Below are positions 40,741 to 53,460 of a stretch of DNA of 64,000 bases, piece by piece; the first letter of the stretch is position 1; every line of letters begins with the position of its first letter. Source of the DNA: Eledone cirrhosa (Eukaryota); the NCBI GenBank assembly GCA_964016885.1, contig OZ024740.1, positions 387,686,001 to 387,750,000 of the forward strand, in the 5' to 3' direction. Made by a program: the position numbers and the translations under genes. Below the pieces are notes generated by a model. The model saw only the letters and a program-made list of their open reading frames with translations, made no database searches and was not told the DNA's origin.

Positions 40741-43700
40741 GTCCGAATTAGTGTGGTATAGACAAGTACATATGTTGTTGAGGTGTATAATTTTGTCAAT
40801 ACTCTGGTTGGGTTGTTATTTCACTGAGGAACTGGAATCATATGAATTCAAACAAACGAATTTCAGTGTCAAAGGGCCTCTTCTCCTCTCATTGGTCAAT
40901 TGTTAGAACATTCCTCATTCAAGACTCTATAGAAATTCGTTCTGAGGCAAGCCAATCTGTAGTTGTTGTTCTTGTTATTGTTAGGTACATCTGACCTCAA
41001 TTCTTGTGTTGGTAGTGTTGTTACTGTTGGAGTTAGCTTAAAAAATTGATAAAGTGGTAGAAGGAACAAAGTGGTAAAGGAACAAAATAAGAAAAAAATG
41101 TCAAACTTCCCATTGGTCAGTTTTGAAAGCATTCCTCAGTCTGAAGTCTATAGAAATTCTTTCTGGGGTGAGGCTCCCTGTAGTGTTTGTGTTTTCTATT
41201 GTTAAGTACATTTGACCTCTACCCTTATTTCGGTAGTGTTGGTGTTGTGGTCAGCTTATGTCTTGCTGCTGCTGACAATTTAGAAGTATCTGTGTGTGTT
41301 TTTTCATCCCTCCTGCCACCATCTCCCGTGTTGGTGGTGGGGGGAGGGGGTTCTTCCATGTATATGAAGAAATATAAGGCAATAAATGAAGAAAACAGAA
41401 AATAAATAATAAATAGAGAATAAAGAATAAATGAAAAATTGGTGAAAAAGTAATGAAAATGAATATGGAGAAGTGAAAAATAAAATGAAGATTCAAATAA
41501 AGTAGGATAAAGTGTGTGTGTGCTATAACCAACCTCAAGGTCAGAAATATGTTGGATAGATTGGTATGAGGTACAAGATGGTAAAATAATAAAAGAATAA
41601 GATAATCAAACAAAATGTGTTTGTGTTATAATCAATCTCAACTTAAAAATAAATATAAGGTGATACAGTGAAGAGAACAGAAAACATAACAAATTAATAA
41701 AGAGAAATCAAGATTTAAAATTGAAAATTGGAAATCAGAAATCAAGTATATTAAAATGTGTTTGTGTTATATAGATGTTGGCCAAATTATAATGGCTGTG
41801 TCCGATTCAATCTCTAGGCTATCATGGTGTCTGCTCAGCCTGGGTTGTTCCCTATGGCTTGAGGGGAGTTCTCAACCTAGGGTGTTGTTACTGCCCATAT
41901 AGCTTGAGGGAGGTCTGGCCGAGAGGTGTCTACATGTTCTGGAGAAGTCCCTATAGCTTGAGGGGAGTTCGCATCTTCTTGTGTTGCTACTGTCCATATA
42001 TCTTGAGGAAGGTCCCGGCTCTAAGGTGTCTGCATGTCCCGAAGAAGTCGGTTCTGAGGTTTATCAGGCCGCTTCCACCTCTTAGTATCTCGAGGGTCTC
42101 GTTCAGACATAGTTTGCATATGCAAGATCCCTCTTTATCGGGTGGTACTTGCCTGATTATGTACCAGGCCATAGAGTACGGGGTCCTGTCCAGCTTAAGT
42201 TTCCAGATCAGGTCGGAGAGAGCCGTGCTTTTCCTTTTGGCCTCCTTATTGAATGAATGGCGATGGTTCTACCAGCAGTCTTTAAAGCTCGTTGATGTGG
42301 CTCCTATGTAGCGGTGTTCGGAGTTGGGGGTTTTAACCCTACAACCGTATACTAGGTTGTAGGATTAAAACCTAGTATACGGTTGTAGGGTTAAAACCCC
42401 CAACTCCGAACACCTCTACATAGCAGCCACATCAACGAGCTTTAAAGACCGCTGGTACAACCATCGCCATTCATTCAATAAGGAGGCCAAAGGAAAAGCA
42501 CGGTTCTCTCCGACCTGATCTGGAAACTTAAGCTGGACAGGACCCCGTACTCTATGGCCTGGTACATAATCAGGCAAGTACCACCCGATAAAGAGGGATC
42601 TTGCATATGCAAACTATGTCTGAACGAGACCCTCGAGATACTAAGAGGTGGAAGCGGCCTGATAAACCTCAGAACCGACTTCTTCGGGACATGCAGACAC
42701 CTTAGAGCCGGGACCTTCCTCAAGATATATGGACAGTAGCAACACAAGAAGATGCGAACTCCCCTCAAGCTATAGGGACTTCTCCAGAACATGTAGACAC
42801 CTCTCGGCCAGACCTCCCTCAAGCTATATGGGCAGTAACAACACCCTAGGTTGAGAACTCCCCTCAAGCCATAGGGAACAACCCAGGCTGAGCAGACACC
42901 ATGATAGCCTAGAGATTGAATCGGACACAGCCATTATAATTTGGCCAACATCTATATAACACAAACACATTTTAATATACTTGATTTCTGATTTTCAATT
43001 TTAAATCTTGATTTCTCTTTATTAATTTGTTATTTGTTTTCTGTTCTCTTCACTGAATCACGTTATATTTATTTTTAAGTTGAGATTGATTATAACACAA
43101 ACACATTTTGTTTGATTATCTTATTCTTTTATTATTTTACCATCTTCTTCCTCAAAGCAATCTATCAACATATTTCTGACCTTGAGATTGATTATAGCAC
43201 ACACACACTTTATCCTACTTTATTTGAATCTTCATTTTATTTTTCACTTCTCCATATTCATTTTCATTACTTTTTCACCAATTTTTCATTTATTCTTTAT
43301 TCTCTATTTATTATTTATTTTCTGTTTTCTTCATTTATTGCCTTATATTTCTTCATATACATGGAAGAACCCCCTCCCCCCACCACCAACACGGGAGATG
43401 GTGGCAGGAGGGATGAAAAAACACACACAGATACTTCTAAATTGTCAGCAGCAGCAAGACATAAGCTGACCACAACACCAACAACACTACCGAAATAAGG
43501 GTAGAGGTCAAATGTACTTAACAATAGAAAACACAAACACTACAGGGAGCCTCACCCCAGAAAGAATTTCTATAGACTTCTGACTGAGGAATGCTCTCAA
43601 AACTGACCAATGGGAAGTTTGACATTTTTTTCTTATTTTGTTCCTTTACCACCTTGGTCCTTCTACCACTTTATCAATTTTTTAAGCTAACTCCAACAGT

Positions 43701-43998
43701 AACAACACTACCAACACAAGAATTGAGGTCAGATGTACCTAACAATAACAAGAACAACAACTACAGATTGGCTTGCCTCAGAACGAATTTCTATAGAGTT
43801 TTGAATGAGGAATGTTCTAACAATTGACCAATGAGAGGAGAAGAGGCCCTTTGACACTGAAATTCGTTTGTTTGAATTCATATGATTCCAGTTCCTCAGT
43901 GAAATAACAACCCAACCAGGAACTGGGCATACCAGAGTATTGACAAAATTATACACCTCAACAACATATGTACTTGTCTATACCACACTAATTCGGAC

Positions 43999-44051
43999 CT
44001 GCCTGAAGAGGTCACAGCCAAAGATGGCTGTCACCGAAATATATATAGCAG
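43999..44051 (+). ncRNA. Type I hammerhead ribozyme
   Basis: CTGC-CTGAAGA-GGTcACAGCCA(AAGA)TGGCTGTcACC-GAAA-TATATA-TA^GCAG; AATAAA follows at 44053. Confidence 0.9.
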
Positions 44052-44203
44052 TAATAAACGAAGCTAAATTTTAAACATTTGACTTATTTATTTTACTTTA
44101 TTTTACATTACTCCGGAGTAACCAAACCAACCTGCGCACTTCGTCGAGTGCTCCAGCCTGCATACTGAGGTGTTGGTATACAACCAACATATACTCAAAA
44201 TCT

Positions 44204-44319
<116 letters not shown>

Positions 44320-44760
44320 TTCAAGAGTAACCAATCTTAAAGAGAGAGATGGAGATAGTATAGGAGATATTGGTGAGTTAGTTAGAAGCCAAAGCGTAAA
44401 GGCATGTGCTCAATGTGCAATACGCAGTAGAAAGCAGCTAGGTGGCTGGGTTCATGCAGAAGTTAGGTGCGCAGAGCTGGAAATATTCATTAGTTAAGTA
44501 AAACAAGGCCACAAACTTCACAAGGAAGACATTATTAAAAGATTGTCAACATATTTTAGTTTGATGTAAGGAATGTAGAGAATAATAATAATAATATTAA
44601 TAATAATAATGTCCGTTTACAATTGTTTCGCTACTCCATATAATATTTCTGGATCAGATGATTATATATCATAATTGATCTGGTTCAGTTGAAAATAAAT
44701 AACATATTTAAAAAACAGAGTGGCTCATCGGAACTTCAAAGGAATATAAATTAAAATAAT

Positions 44761-44940
44761 TGTTTCTACTTTAGGCACAAGGCCAGCAATTACCCAGTGC
44801 ATTACTGGTACTTTATTTTATCTACCCCGTAAGGATGAAAGGCAAAGTCAACCTCGGCGGGATTTGAACTCAGATCGTAAAGGGACGTAACTATGCTGGA
44901 AAGCATGACGTCCGACCCTCTACCGATACTGCCAATCCAC
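44761..44940 (-). mobile_element. Meta-core SINE with 9 bp TSD TAAAATAAT
   Basis: TSD at 44752-44760 and 44941-44949; empty site visible in the opposite arm (~45365). Confidence 0.92.
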
Positions 44941-45524
44941 TAAAATAATGGGATAATGTTACATAATATAATGTTCCATATATTGGTTTTTACTATGGTG
45001 TCTTGGTTGCATCAGTTGTCAGCCATAATCAAGCAGTATTCATCTGTAGCCCCATTATTACTTATACCTAATAAGTTAAATTGCTATGAACAACTCGATA
45101 ATTATAAGTTACCTCCCCTACATTGTCTCTCAATTAAAAAATTTAAAAATTAGCACTTACCTATAAACACTCACAATTTCTAATCTCTCGAGAAGTTACT
45201 TCCCCTGAAACCAACCTCTAAATAGTAAGGTAAATATGCCCTTTGGCAGCCATCTTGTTACCCATAGGCAGATCTCACACAATGCAGCCTCGACAGATGA
45301 ATACTGCTTTATTATGGCTGACAACTGACAATATATGGAACATTATATTATGTAACATTATCCCATTATTTTAATTTATATTCCTTTGAAGTTCCGATGA
45401 GCCACTCTGTTTTTTAAATATGTTAATTATTTTCAACTGAACCAGATCAATTATGATATATAATCATCTGATCCAGAAATATTATATGGAGTAGCGAAAC
45501 AATTGTAAACGGACATTATTATTA

Positions 45525-45699
45525 TTGGCAGTATCAGTAGAGGGTTGGACGCCATGTTTTCTAGCATAGTTACGTCCCTTTACAGTCTGAGTTCAAATCC
45601 CACCGAGGTTAACTTTGCCTTTCATCCTTACGGGGTCGATAAAATAAAGTACCAGTAATGTACTGGGTAATTGCTGGCCTTGTGCCTAAAGTAGAAACA
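45525..45699 (+). mobile_element. Meta-core SINE inserted in an (ATT)n tract
   Basis: Empty site visible in the left arm (~44600). Confidence 0.88.
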
Positions 45700-45842
45700 A
45701 TTATTATTAATATTATTAGTATTATTCTCTACATTCCTTACATCAAACTAAAATATGTTGACAATCTTTTAATAATATCTTCCTTATGAAGTTTGTGGCC
45801 TTGTTTTGCTTAACTAATGAATATATATATATATATTATATA

Positions 45843-48385
45843 TCTTTCGCATTTAAATATTCTGACATCTCCACAGACAAACTTCACATCATTCTCACCG
45901 CAAGAAAAACCTTATTAGAATTCAACAATGAATACTGGACTAGAGCCGATACTTCCAAAAACTTTGATATCACAATGGGTGCTTCCGGTTCATCGCACTG
46001 ATTTGATAGGTATTTTTATTTTGAATTCTTTAAATCCGAAAATTCCTCAACTTCGCGGTGGAATTTATCGTGACGATGGACGTTTTACTATCTTAAATTG
46101 CAACTTAGTTAACCTTAATATTATTAAGAATATACGTGATCTCTTTAAGCAACATAACCTTAAATTTGAATTTGATAACAACGTCAAACTAGCTAACTTC
46201 TTGGATATATCCCTTAATATTGACACTGGCCTTACCATAAAAACAATGAGAATCTAAATTATGTTAATTTTAAATCTAACCACGCCACTAACATTAAAAA
46301 TGCTATAGTCAGTAATATTGGAAAAAGAATATCAAACCTATCATCTAATAAAAATATCTTCGATGCTAACGCCAATTACTATAATAATGCGCTTTCTAAA
46401 GCCGGCTATCCTGATAAAATTAAATACAGTAAAGAAACCAATCCTAGAAGGTTTTACAGTAAAATAATTAATTATTATAATTCCAATAACTTAAATAAAA
46501 GACCTAGATACAAAATATAATCTGGTATAATGCTCCTTTCTCTATTTCTATTAATAATAATATTCATAAACTATTCTTTAGGGCCTTGGATAAATGCTTC
46601 CCTCCCTCACATATCTATAGTAAAATCTTTAACAAACATACAATAACATTTTCTTATTCCACCTTATAACTGAGAAAAATATATTGTTTTACATAGAGAA
46701 GTTGAAAAACCGTTGGAAGATAATATATAAATTAAAAGAATTTGAAAATTAATGAAGAGAAAAATTTTAGAATAATGTTAAATTAAGGTTTGTATATTTA
46801 AGGGTTTAATAATATGTGCGATGAAAAGAAATTGTTAATATGTATTGAGAATAATATTTAATGGTTTAATAATATGTGCGATGGTTCAACAAATTGAATA
46901 AGAAAAATAAACAAAAATTTATTCAATTTGATATTGCCAGCTACTATTCTTCTATTTCACCCTCACTTCTCAACAATGCTCTATCTTTCGCTTACAAATA
47001 TTCAGACATCACCACAGATGAACTTCACACGTAAAACCATCCTAGAGTTCAACAATGAATATTGGACCAGAGCTGATACCTCTAAAAACTTTGACATCAC
47101 AATGGGAGCATCCGATTCATCCCAATTGACAGATTTAATTGGTATCTTTATTTTGAACTCTTTGAATCGGAAAATTCCTCTACTTCGCGGTGGAATTTAT
47201 CGTGACGATGGACTCTTTACTATCTTAAATTGCAACATAGTTAACCTTAATATTATTAAGAACAATATACGTAATCTCTTTAACCAACATAACTTAAAAA
47301 TTGAATTTGATAACAGCATCAAACTAGCTAATTTCTTGGATGTATCTCTTAATCTTGACACTGGCCTATATTACCCTTACCATAAAAACAACGAGAACCT
47401 AAATTATGTTAACTTTAAATCTAACCACCCCACTAATATTAAGAATGCTATAGTTAGTAATATTGGAAAAAGAATATCTAACCTATCTTCTAATAAAAAC
47501 ATCTTTGATGCTAACGCCAATTACTATAATAACGCGCTTTCTAAAGCCGGTTATCCTGATAAAATCAAATATAGTAAAGAAACAAATTCTAGAAGATCTT
47601 ACAGTAGAATAATTAATCATGATCATTCCAATAACTTTAATAAAAGACCTAGATACAAAAACATAATCTGGTTTAATGCTCCTTTCTCCATCTCTATTAA
47701 TAACAATATTCCTAAATTATTCTTTAGTGCCTTAAATAAATGCTTCCCTCCCTCACATATCTATAGTAAAATATTTAACAAACACACTATAAAATTCTCC
47801 TATTCGACCTCCTCCAACATCTCCAACATTATCTCTAAACACAACAATAAAATACTAAATACTAAATCTCTTCCTTCCAACACTGAATATCATAATAATA
47901 GTAATAGTACTCCCGACGTCATTGTTAACTCTAGGCTAATATCTGCAAACCCAAATACAACGTCAAACGCAACTTCGCTAAATGTTCTTAATCCCATTCT
48001 AAATCAAGAAACTATTATTCCTATCGTAAATAACTTCTCCAATCCAATCTCTTCTATAGATAACACTAGGTCACTTGTTAATAACTCTGTTAATCTCTCT
48101 AATCGCAATTGCAATTGCCCTGTTAAAAATAAATGTCCTCTCAACAACCATTGTCTTGAAAAAAACTTAATCTACGAATGTAAAGTTATAACTGACACCA
48201 ATTCCTTTACTTATTCTGGCTCCACTTCCACCTCCTTTAAAGCTCGTCTTCATAATCATCATTCGTCTTTTAAATACCAACTTAAAAGAACCAACACGGC
48301 ACTCTCAGAACTCATATGGTCCTTGAAAGACAAAAATATTAACTATAACATCTCTTGGAAAAAAGTTTGTTTTGCTTCTTCATGA
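45843..48385 (+). mobile_element. Cluster of the same Naiad family as 8844-13897: RT fragment (45843-46665), inverted 3' UTR piece (~46665-46885), 5'- and 3'-truncated RT-EN copy (~46882-48385)
   Basis: ORF 46928-48385 is nearly identical to ORF 8881-10458 in the RT-EN part; 46665-46885 is antisense to ~10740-11110. Confidence 0.9.
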
Positions 48386-48386
48386 A

Positions 48387-48989
48387 GCTTAAACAATTAA
48401 GTTAAAAATGTAAAGTGACCAGTGAAAAACTCGGTACATCTACATCATATGTACACGTGTGTGTATTCATATGCATACTAGTATTTCAGTATACATATGT
48501 GGATGTACATTTTTAACTTAATTGTTTAAGCGTCAGTCATACAAAAGTGAGTTACAAACGAAACGAAATTTAATTTCGTTTCGTTATTTGTTTTTATCGT
48601 CTCCGTTGAACCGGTACGTACTCACGCTCTATGCAAATTGGTCTGCCCACTACTAATTTTCATAGAAAAAGCATATAACGATATGTGCTTTCACGATTCT
48701 CTAGAAAGGCCGGAAGATAGGTAAATATTGCTGATGAGATGTAACAACATCGAAACTAGTCCAATATTCCTCGTCTGGCTTTCTGGAGAATAGAGGAAAG
48801 GTGTTTCCTCAAAAACCAGTATGACTCTAAAAACCGGTTTGTCTGTGTGTTTACATACAGAATAGCTGGACACTCACAGTAAAGTGACCAGTGAAAAACT
48901 CGGTACATCTACATATGTACACGTGTGTGTATTCATATGCATACTAGTATTTCAGTATACATATGTGGATGTACATTTTTAACTTAATT

Positions 48990-48994
<5 letters not shown>
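48387..48994 (+). mobile_element. Non-coding hammerhead-bearing element (retrozyme-like or non-autonomous PLE)
   Basis: Direct repeats 48410-48528 and 48879-48994; 26 bp inverted 5' piece 48387-48412; internal hammerhead. Confidence 0.72.
48724..48768 (+). ncRNA. Canonical minimal type I hammerhead ribozyme, GUC cleavage after 48761
   Basis: AATATTG-CTGATGA-GATGT(AACA)ACATC-GAAA-CTAG-TC^CAATATT; perfect 7 bp stem I, 5 bp stem II, palindromic stem III (ACTAGT). Confidence 0.93.
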
Positions 48995-49032
<38 letters not shown>

Positions 49033-49148
49033 CCTAAAGTACAACCCCTGTTATTTTAATAAATATTTGCTCTAAAGATTTTATAGATGTTATGTATATT
49101 ATCCTTATCGAGTCCTCTTCGCATTTTCGTCTTCACATTTATTATTAT

Positions 49149-49185
<37 letters not shown>

Positions 49186-49389
49186 CGTGTGCGTGTGCGT
49201 GTGTGCGTGCGTGCGCGCGCGTGTGAGTGTATGTATGTGTGCGTGTGTGAGTGGGGTAGGGATTAGCGGCTAGTGTCATCGTGTGAGGTAATACCCGGGG
49301 AGTATATAACTGCAATCTCATCTTTCTGCACCTATTGGATGTTCTTTCATGTGCTTTTGTTAACAGCTCTTCAATTTTAGGTCGTCGAG

Positions 49390-49625
49390 AGATGAGCACA
49401 GAGCAACGAACAAGCCTGAAGTTTCTGGTCCCCCTGGGGAAAACTCGTCAGTAGCAGTTGGAAAACGGTAGCAAGTATACGATGTCGCGTTCACGGGTTT
49501 TTAAGTGGCACAAACGGTGTACGCTGACAGCCAGAAGTGAATGGCGTTCAACGAGCAGGACTGAAGCCAGCCGATGTTGAGCACTGGAGATACGTCGTGC
49601 CTGGCGATAGTGCCGAATGTTTGAC
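49390..49625 (+). pseudogene. Mariner transposase N-terminal relic
   Basis: Degenerate EQR..LKF...LGK...MSRSRVFKWHKR helix-turn-helix region. Confidence 0.65.
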
Positions 49626-49639
49626 TGATCGGGTAATAT

Positions 49640-52480
49640 CTATCCTACGAGGTTACCCTTTAATAAAAGAGTTTGCATACCACAACAAATAGATGACGAG
49701 ACAGAGGCACAGTTCACCATAGCTAGAAATAAGATTAGACAAATAGTAGACAGGTATACTAAGAGACAGAGCAGACCAGAGGCCCAACAACTTGGGAGGA
49801 AACCTGTAGAAGGCTTGGTTAGCCTCAAGCAGCGCACAAGGGTTGGTGAGGTAGTATGTCTACCCACGGATAAGTCAGGTAGGATGTCAATAGATAGCAT
49901 GCCGAACTACATCGAGGCTATGCAACCCCACATCACCAACACGAGCGAAATTGCACAACAAACACACGATGGGAGAGAGAAAATCCTCAACGCTCACATG
50001 ATGATGTGGACTGATATCCTAAAGCCAAGCAGACGCACTGCCAACAACTTCCAGGCGTCTAACAATGGCATACCACCCTTGTATGGGCTCCGCAAAGACC
50101 ACAAGACAGTCGACGACCCGACAACAGGACCACCAACAAGACCCGTATGCGGAGCTAATATAGCTAGCAACTACAGGATCTCCTACTTCCTCTCAGTGGT
50201 TATACGCCCCATAATGAAGATGTCCCCAGATGTATGTGACAGTACAGAGGACCTTCTCAGCAGAATCAGTGAGTGCAACAAAAACAGGAGCCTATCCAAC
50301 TGCATAATAGGCAGCATGGATGTGGTGTCACTGTACCCATCCATTAACATTGATTTTGCTGTGAAAAGATGTGTGGAGATGATCATTGAGAGTGAGGTGG
50401 AGTTCTGCGACGTCGACACAGACGAACTGGGCCTCCTACTTAGACTTACCTACGACACTGACTACCTAGACAGCCATGACCTTAGATGTTTCTGCCCTAG
50501 TAGACCTATAAGAGGTAGACCCCCCACCATAACCTCAATGGCAAAAAAGACTCCCATGGGAAGGTGGATTGGGTGGACCAAAGCTATACGGACCCCCCAA
50601 AACAATGATCAGGTAAGAAAAATGGTCGCACATGCAATAGGGGCTAGTATCAAAACTACCCTAAAGGGCCACATATTTAAGTTCAACGAGAAGATCTACA
50701 CCCAAAATGAGGGAGCAACCATCGGCGTCAGCATAGCTGGTGATGTTGCCAACCTTTTCATGGTATGGTGGGAAAGGAGACTTAAAGATCTCCTTAATGA
50801 GAGCTCCATAGACCTCATCATGTACTCTCGTTATGTAGACGATATCAATATAGTTATAAGAACACCCCCACTAGAGAGCACTAACAAGTTTGATTTAGAA
50901 CGTAGCACGATGGAAAGCATCCAGCAGATAGCTAATTCCATACACCAAAGTATAACTGTAACTATCGACTTCCCTTCCAAACACCCTAACAATAGACTAC
51001 CTGTATTAGACACAGAACTCTGGATTAACACTATAGACGAGAGGGCCCAAATTCTCCACTCACACTATGCTAAACCCATGGCCTCCAATACCTGATACTC
51101 AAAAACTCAGCAATGTCCAGTAGTGCTAAGTTTAATATTCTGATCGCAGATTTGGTACGAGTGATGAAGAATGTGTCCCGCATGTGCGACCCAACAGAAA
51201 TGGAAAGACACATCCAACACTTCATCAACCGCATGCAGTTCTCTGGCTACAACCAAAGAGACAGAGTCAGAGTATACGAAGGAGCCATGGAAAAGTATAA
51301 GACCCTCATAGAACTGGACATGAAAGGAATTTGCCCATTATACAGGAGCAAATCATGGAATAGCTTAGATAGGGCTAGACATAAGATAGACATAAGATAG
51401 GGAAAGCCACCTCATGGTACGACAACCAGAGATACCAGAGTGTGATGTTTGTGGACGCCACCCCTAGAGGGAAATTAGCTAACCAGTGTAGAAAGGCCCC
51501 GAGAAAGACCCACTTAAAAATAAAGGTGGTAGAAAAGCCAGGAACCACCATAAAATCCCTGATCAGCAAAACCTACCCTTTTAAGAAAACCCACTGTACC
51601 AATAGGAAATGTATCATATGTAAGGTGAACCCCCGGATAAACTGTAAAACTAGAAACGTAGTCTATAGCATAAGATGTACAGAGGGTACTTGCAGAAACA
51701 TGACAACAACATACATAGGTGAGACAGCTCGTAGCATAGGTGAAAGGATAGACCAACACTGGGGGGAACTAAAAGGACGAAAAAACGGGTCAGTACTATA
51801 CGAACATGCTAGACAACAACATGACGGTAACATAGACAACATAGAAATTAGAATAATATCTAAACATAGAAATGACCCAGCAGATAGGCAAATCAGAGAG
51901 GCCAGTGAAATAGAAATGAGAAAACCAAGGCTAAACAGAAAGAATGAATGGAATAACAACAACACCCAAACAAACAACACTGACCTAAGAGAAGTATAAA
52001 TAAGTAAATAAAATAAAATAAATAAATAAATAAATACATACACAAGCACAATAACAACAAGCACATAAACATACACTAGTCACCCATCACACAGCAAACA
52101 AAACACTATACACACACGCAAACGCATGCGCAAAGAAGACAAAATAAAATAAACAAACAAGCAAATAAATAAATAAATATATAGACAGACTGAATAAAAA
52201 TGGCGTAGACATACAATACAACAGGAGGAAAATATAACGCCACTGACGATGTTGCAGATGTGCAACGAAAGATTTATGATAAACTATATATATGTGTTTG
52301 TGTCTATATTGTATCTGTATTATTTTTGACCGTCGGTCAGTCAATGGCAACATTGAGGACCGAGTAAGTTAGATTACCGATATAAAAGACACAGAAGCGA
52401 GAAGCGAAAACCAACCAAACAGTGAGTGTGTTCTGTTATTAATTCTGGCAATATTACACAAATATGACCCTCCCCAAGTA
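49640..52480 (+). mobile_element. Neptune-like PLE: RT (49815-51095), thumb (51113-51400), Cys-rich linker + GIY-YIG (51442-51999), 3' UTR/pLTR
   Basis: PTDKSG, PLYGLRKDHK, SMDVVSLYPSI, RYVDDI, VLD; C..KCIIC..NC, VVYSIRC, YIGETARSIGERIDQH; two frameshifts. Confidence 0.9.
52238..52280 (+). ncRNA. Hammerhead-like motif in the pLTR of the Neptune-like element
   Basis: CTGACGA-t-GTTGCA(GATG)TGCAAC-GAAA-GATTTA; stem I partner weak. Confidence 0.5.
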
Positions 52481-52481
52481 T

Positions 52482-52564
<83 letters not shown>

Positions 52565-52644
52565 AAAGGTAAACAGAAATATCAACGCAATCGGTACAGT
52601 ATATGGAAGGGATATATTAGGTTAACGCTTGATATATAGAGGGA

Positions 52645-52678
52645 CTTAACGTTTCAAACGCTAGTCCTTCATCAGAAG
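52645..52678 (-). ncRNA. Very minimal hammerhead-like motif in a PLE relic
   Basis: CTT-CTGATGA-AGGAC(TAGC)GTTT-GAAA-CGTT-AAG; foldable only as a dimer, with wobble pairs. Confidence 0.4.
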
Positions 52679-52859
52679 AAAGAATGAGAAATAAGATAGA
52701 TTGAGGGGTCGGGCGGGTTGGAATTGGAAAAAATGTCTAGATAAAAATAGAGCGAGTTTGAAATTAGAAATAGAAGCTTTTGCCGTAAACTCGAATCCAG
52801 TCGTTCTGGATGTTGAAGCAGTTGTAAAGGAACTGGAGCAAGAACAAACCTATGTATAA

Positions 52860-53460
52860 ACGAAGGCTCCGGTATTCAGTATAGAAACATTGAAGACAAT
52901 TTGACAAAGGAATTTTATAGGAGAGGTACAAGAAATTCTGTATTCTGAGCTAAATGCATATAACAAGGTGTTAGCCATAAATTCCTTAGTAGTTCCAGTT
53001 CTTAGTTATAGCTTCAATGTGTTGACCTAGGATATCAGTGAATTATCAGAGTGTGATACAGTGGCATACGTATCCCCGTAAGGCTATAACGGTTCTTTGG
53101 GACTTTCCTGTACATACAGACAGAACCATCAAAGCTAACAGGCCGGATATTATTGTAAAATATCAAAATAACAAAGTATGTTTAATGATCGATACGTGCA
53201 TCCCGCATGATCACACTTTTTCAGCAAAAGAATTTGGCAAGCTCAGAAAATATAAAGAGTTGCAGATTGAAATTGAAAACAATTGTGGCATCTCAAAGTA
53301 GTTACAATACCAGTGATTGTAGGAACACCAGGAATGATAAAAATGTAACAGGAATATATTTTAGAATGATCCCTGGCTTACAATCACTGCCAGAAATGAA
53401 AAATATTGTTTTAACTGGCACGATACATGAATTTCAAAGAGCACTGTCGCTGTGATAAAA
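52860..53460 (+). mobile_element. R4/Dong-type non-LTR fragment (RLE endonuclease); second fragment at ~54005-54310
   Basis: ELNAYNKVLAINSLVVPV; VLWDFPVHTDRTIKANRPDIIV...IDTCIP...KYKEL. Confidence 0.82.

Larger units (their letters stand above)
40633..44106. mobile_element. Palindromic PLE insertion: two head-to-head 5'-truncated Naiad-type copies (GIY-YIG, 3' UTR, pLTR)
   Basis: Arms 40633-42358 and 42369-44106 are reverse complements with a 10 bp spacer; NLVYGC..YIGATSTSFKDRWYNH..CKLCLNE..CRH. Confidence 0.95.
44483..45824. repeat. Inverted duplication (44483-45047 and 45293-45824), each arm interrupted by a different SINE insertion
   Basis: Arms align as reverse complements once the SINEs are removed. 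Confidence 0.9.
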
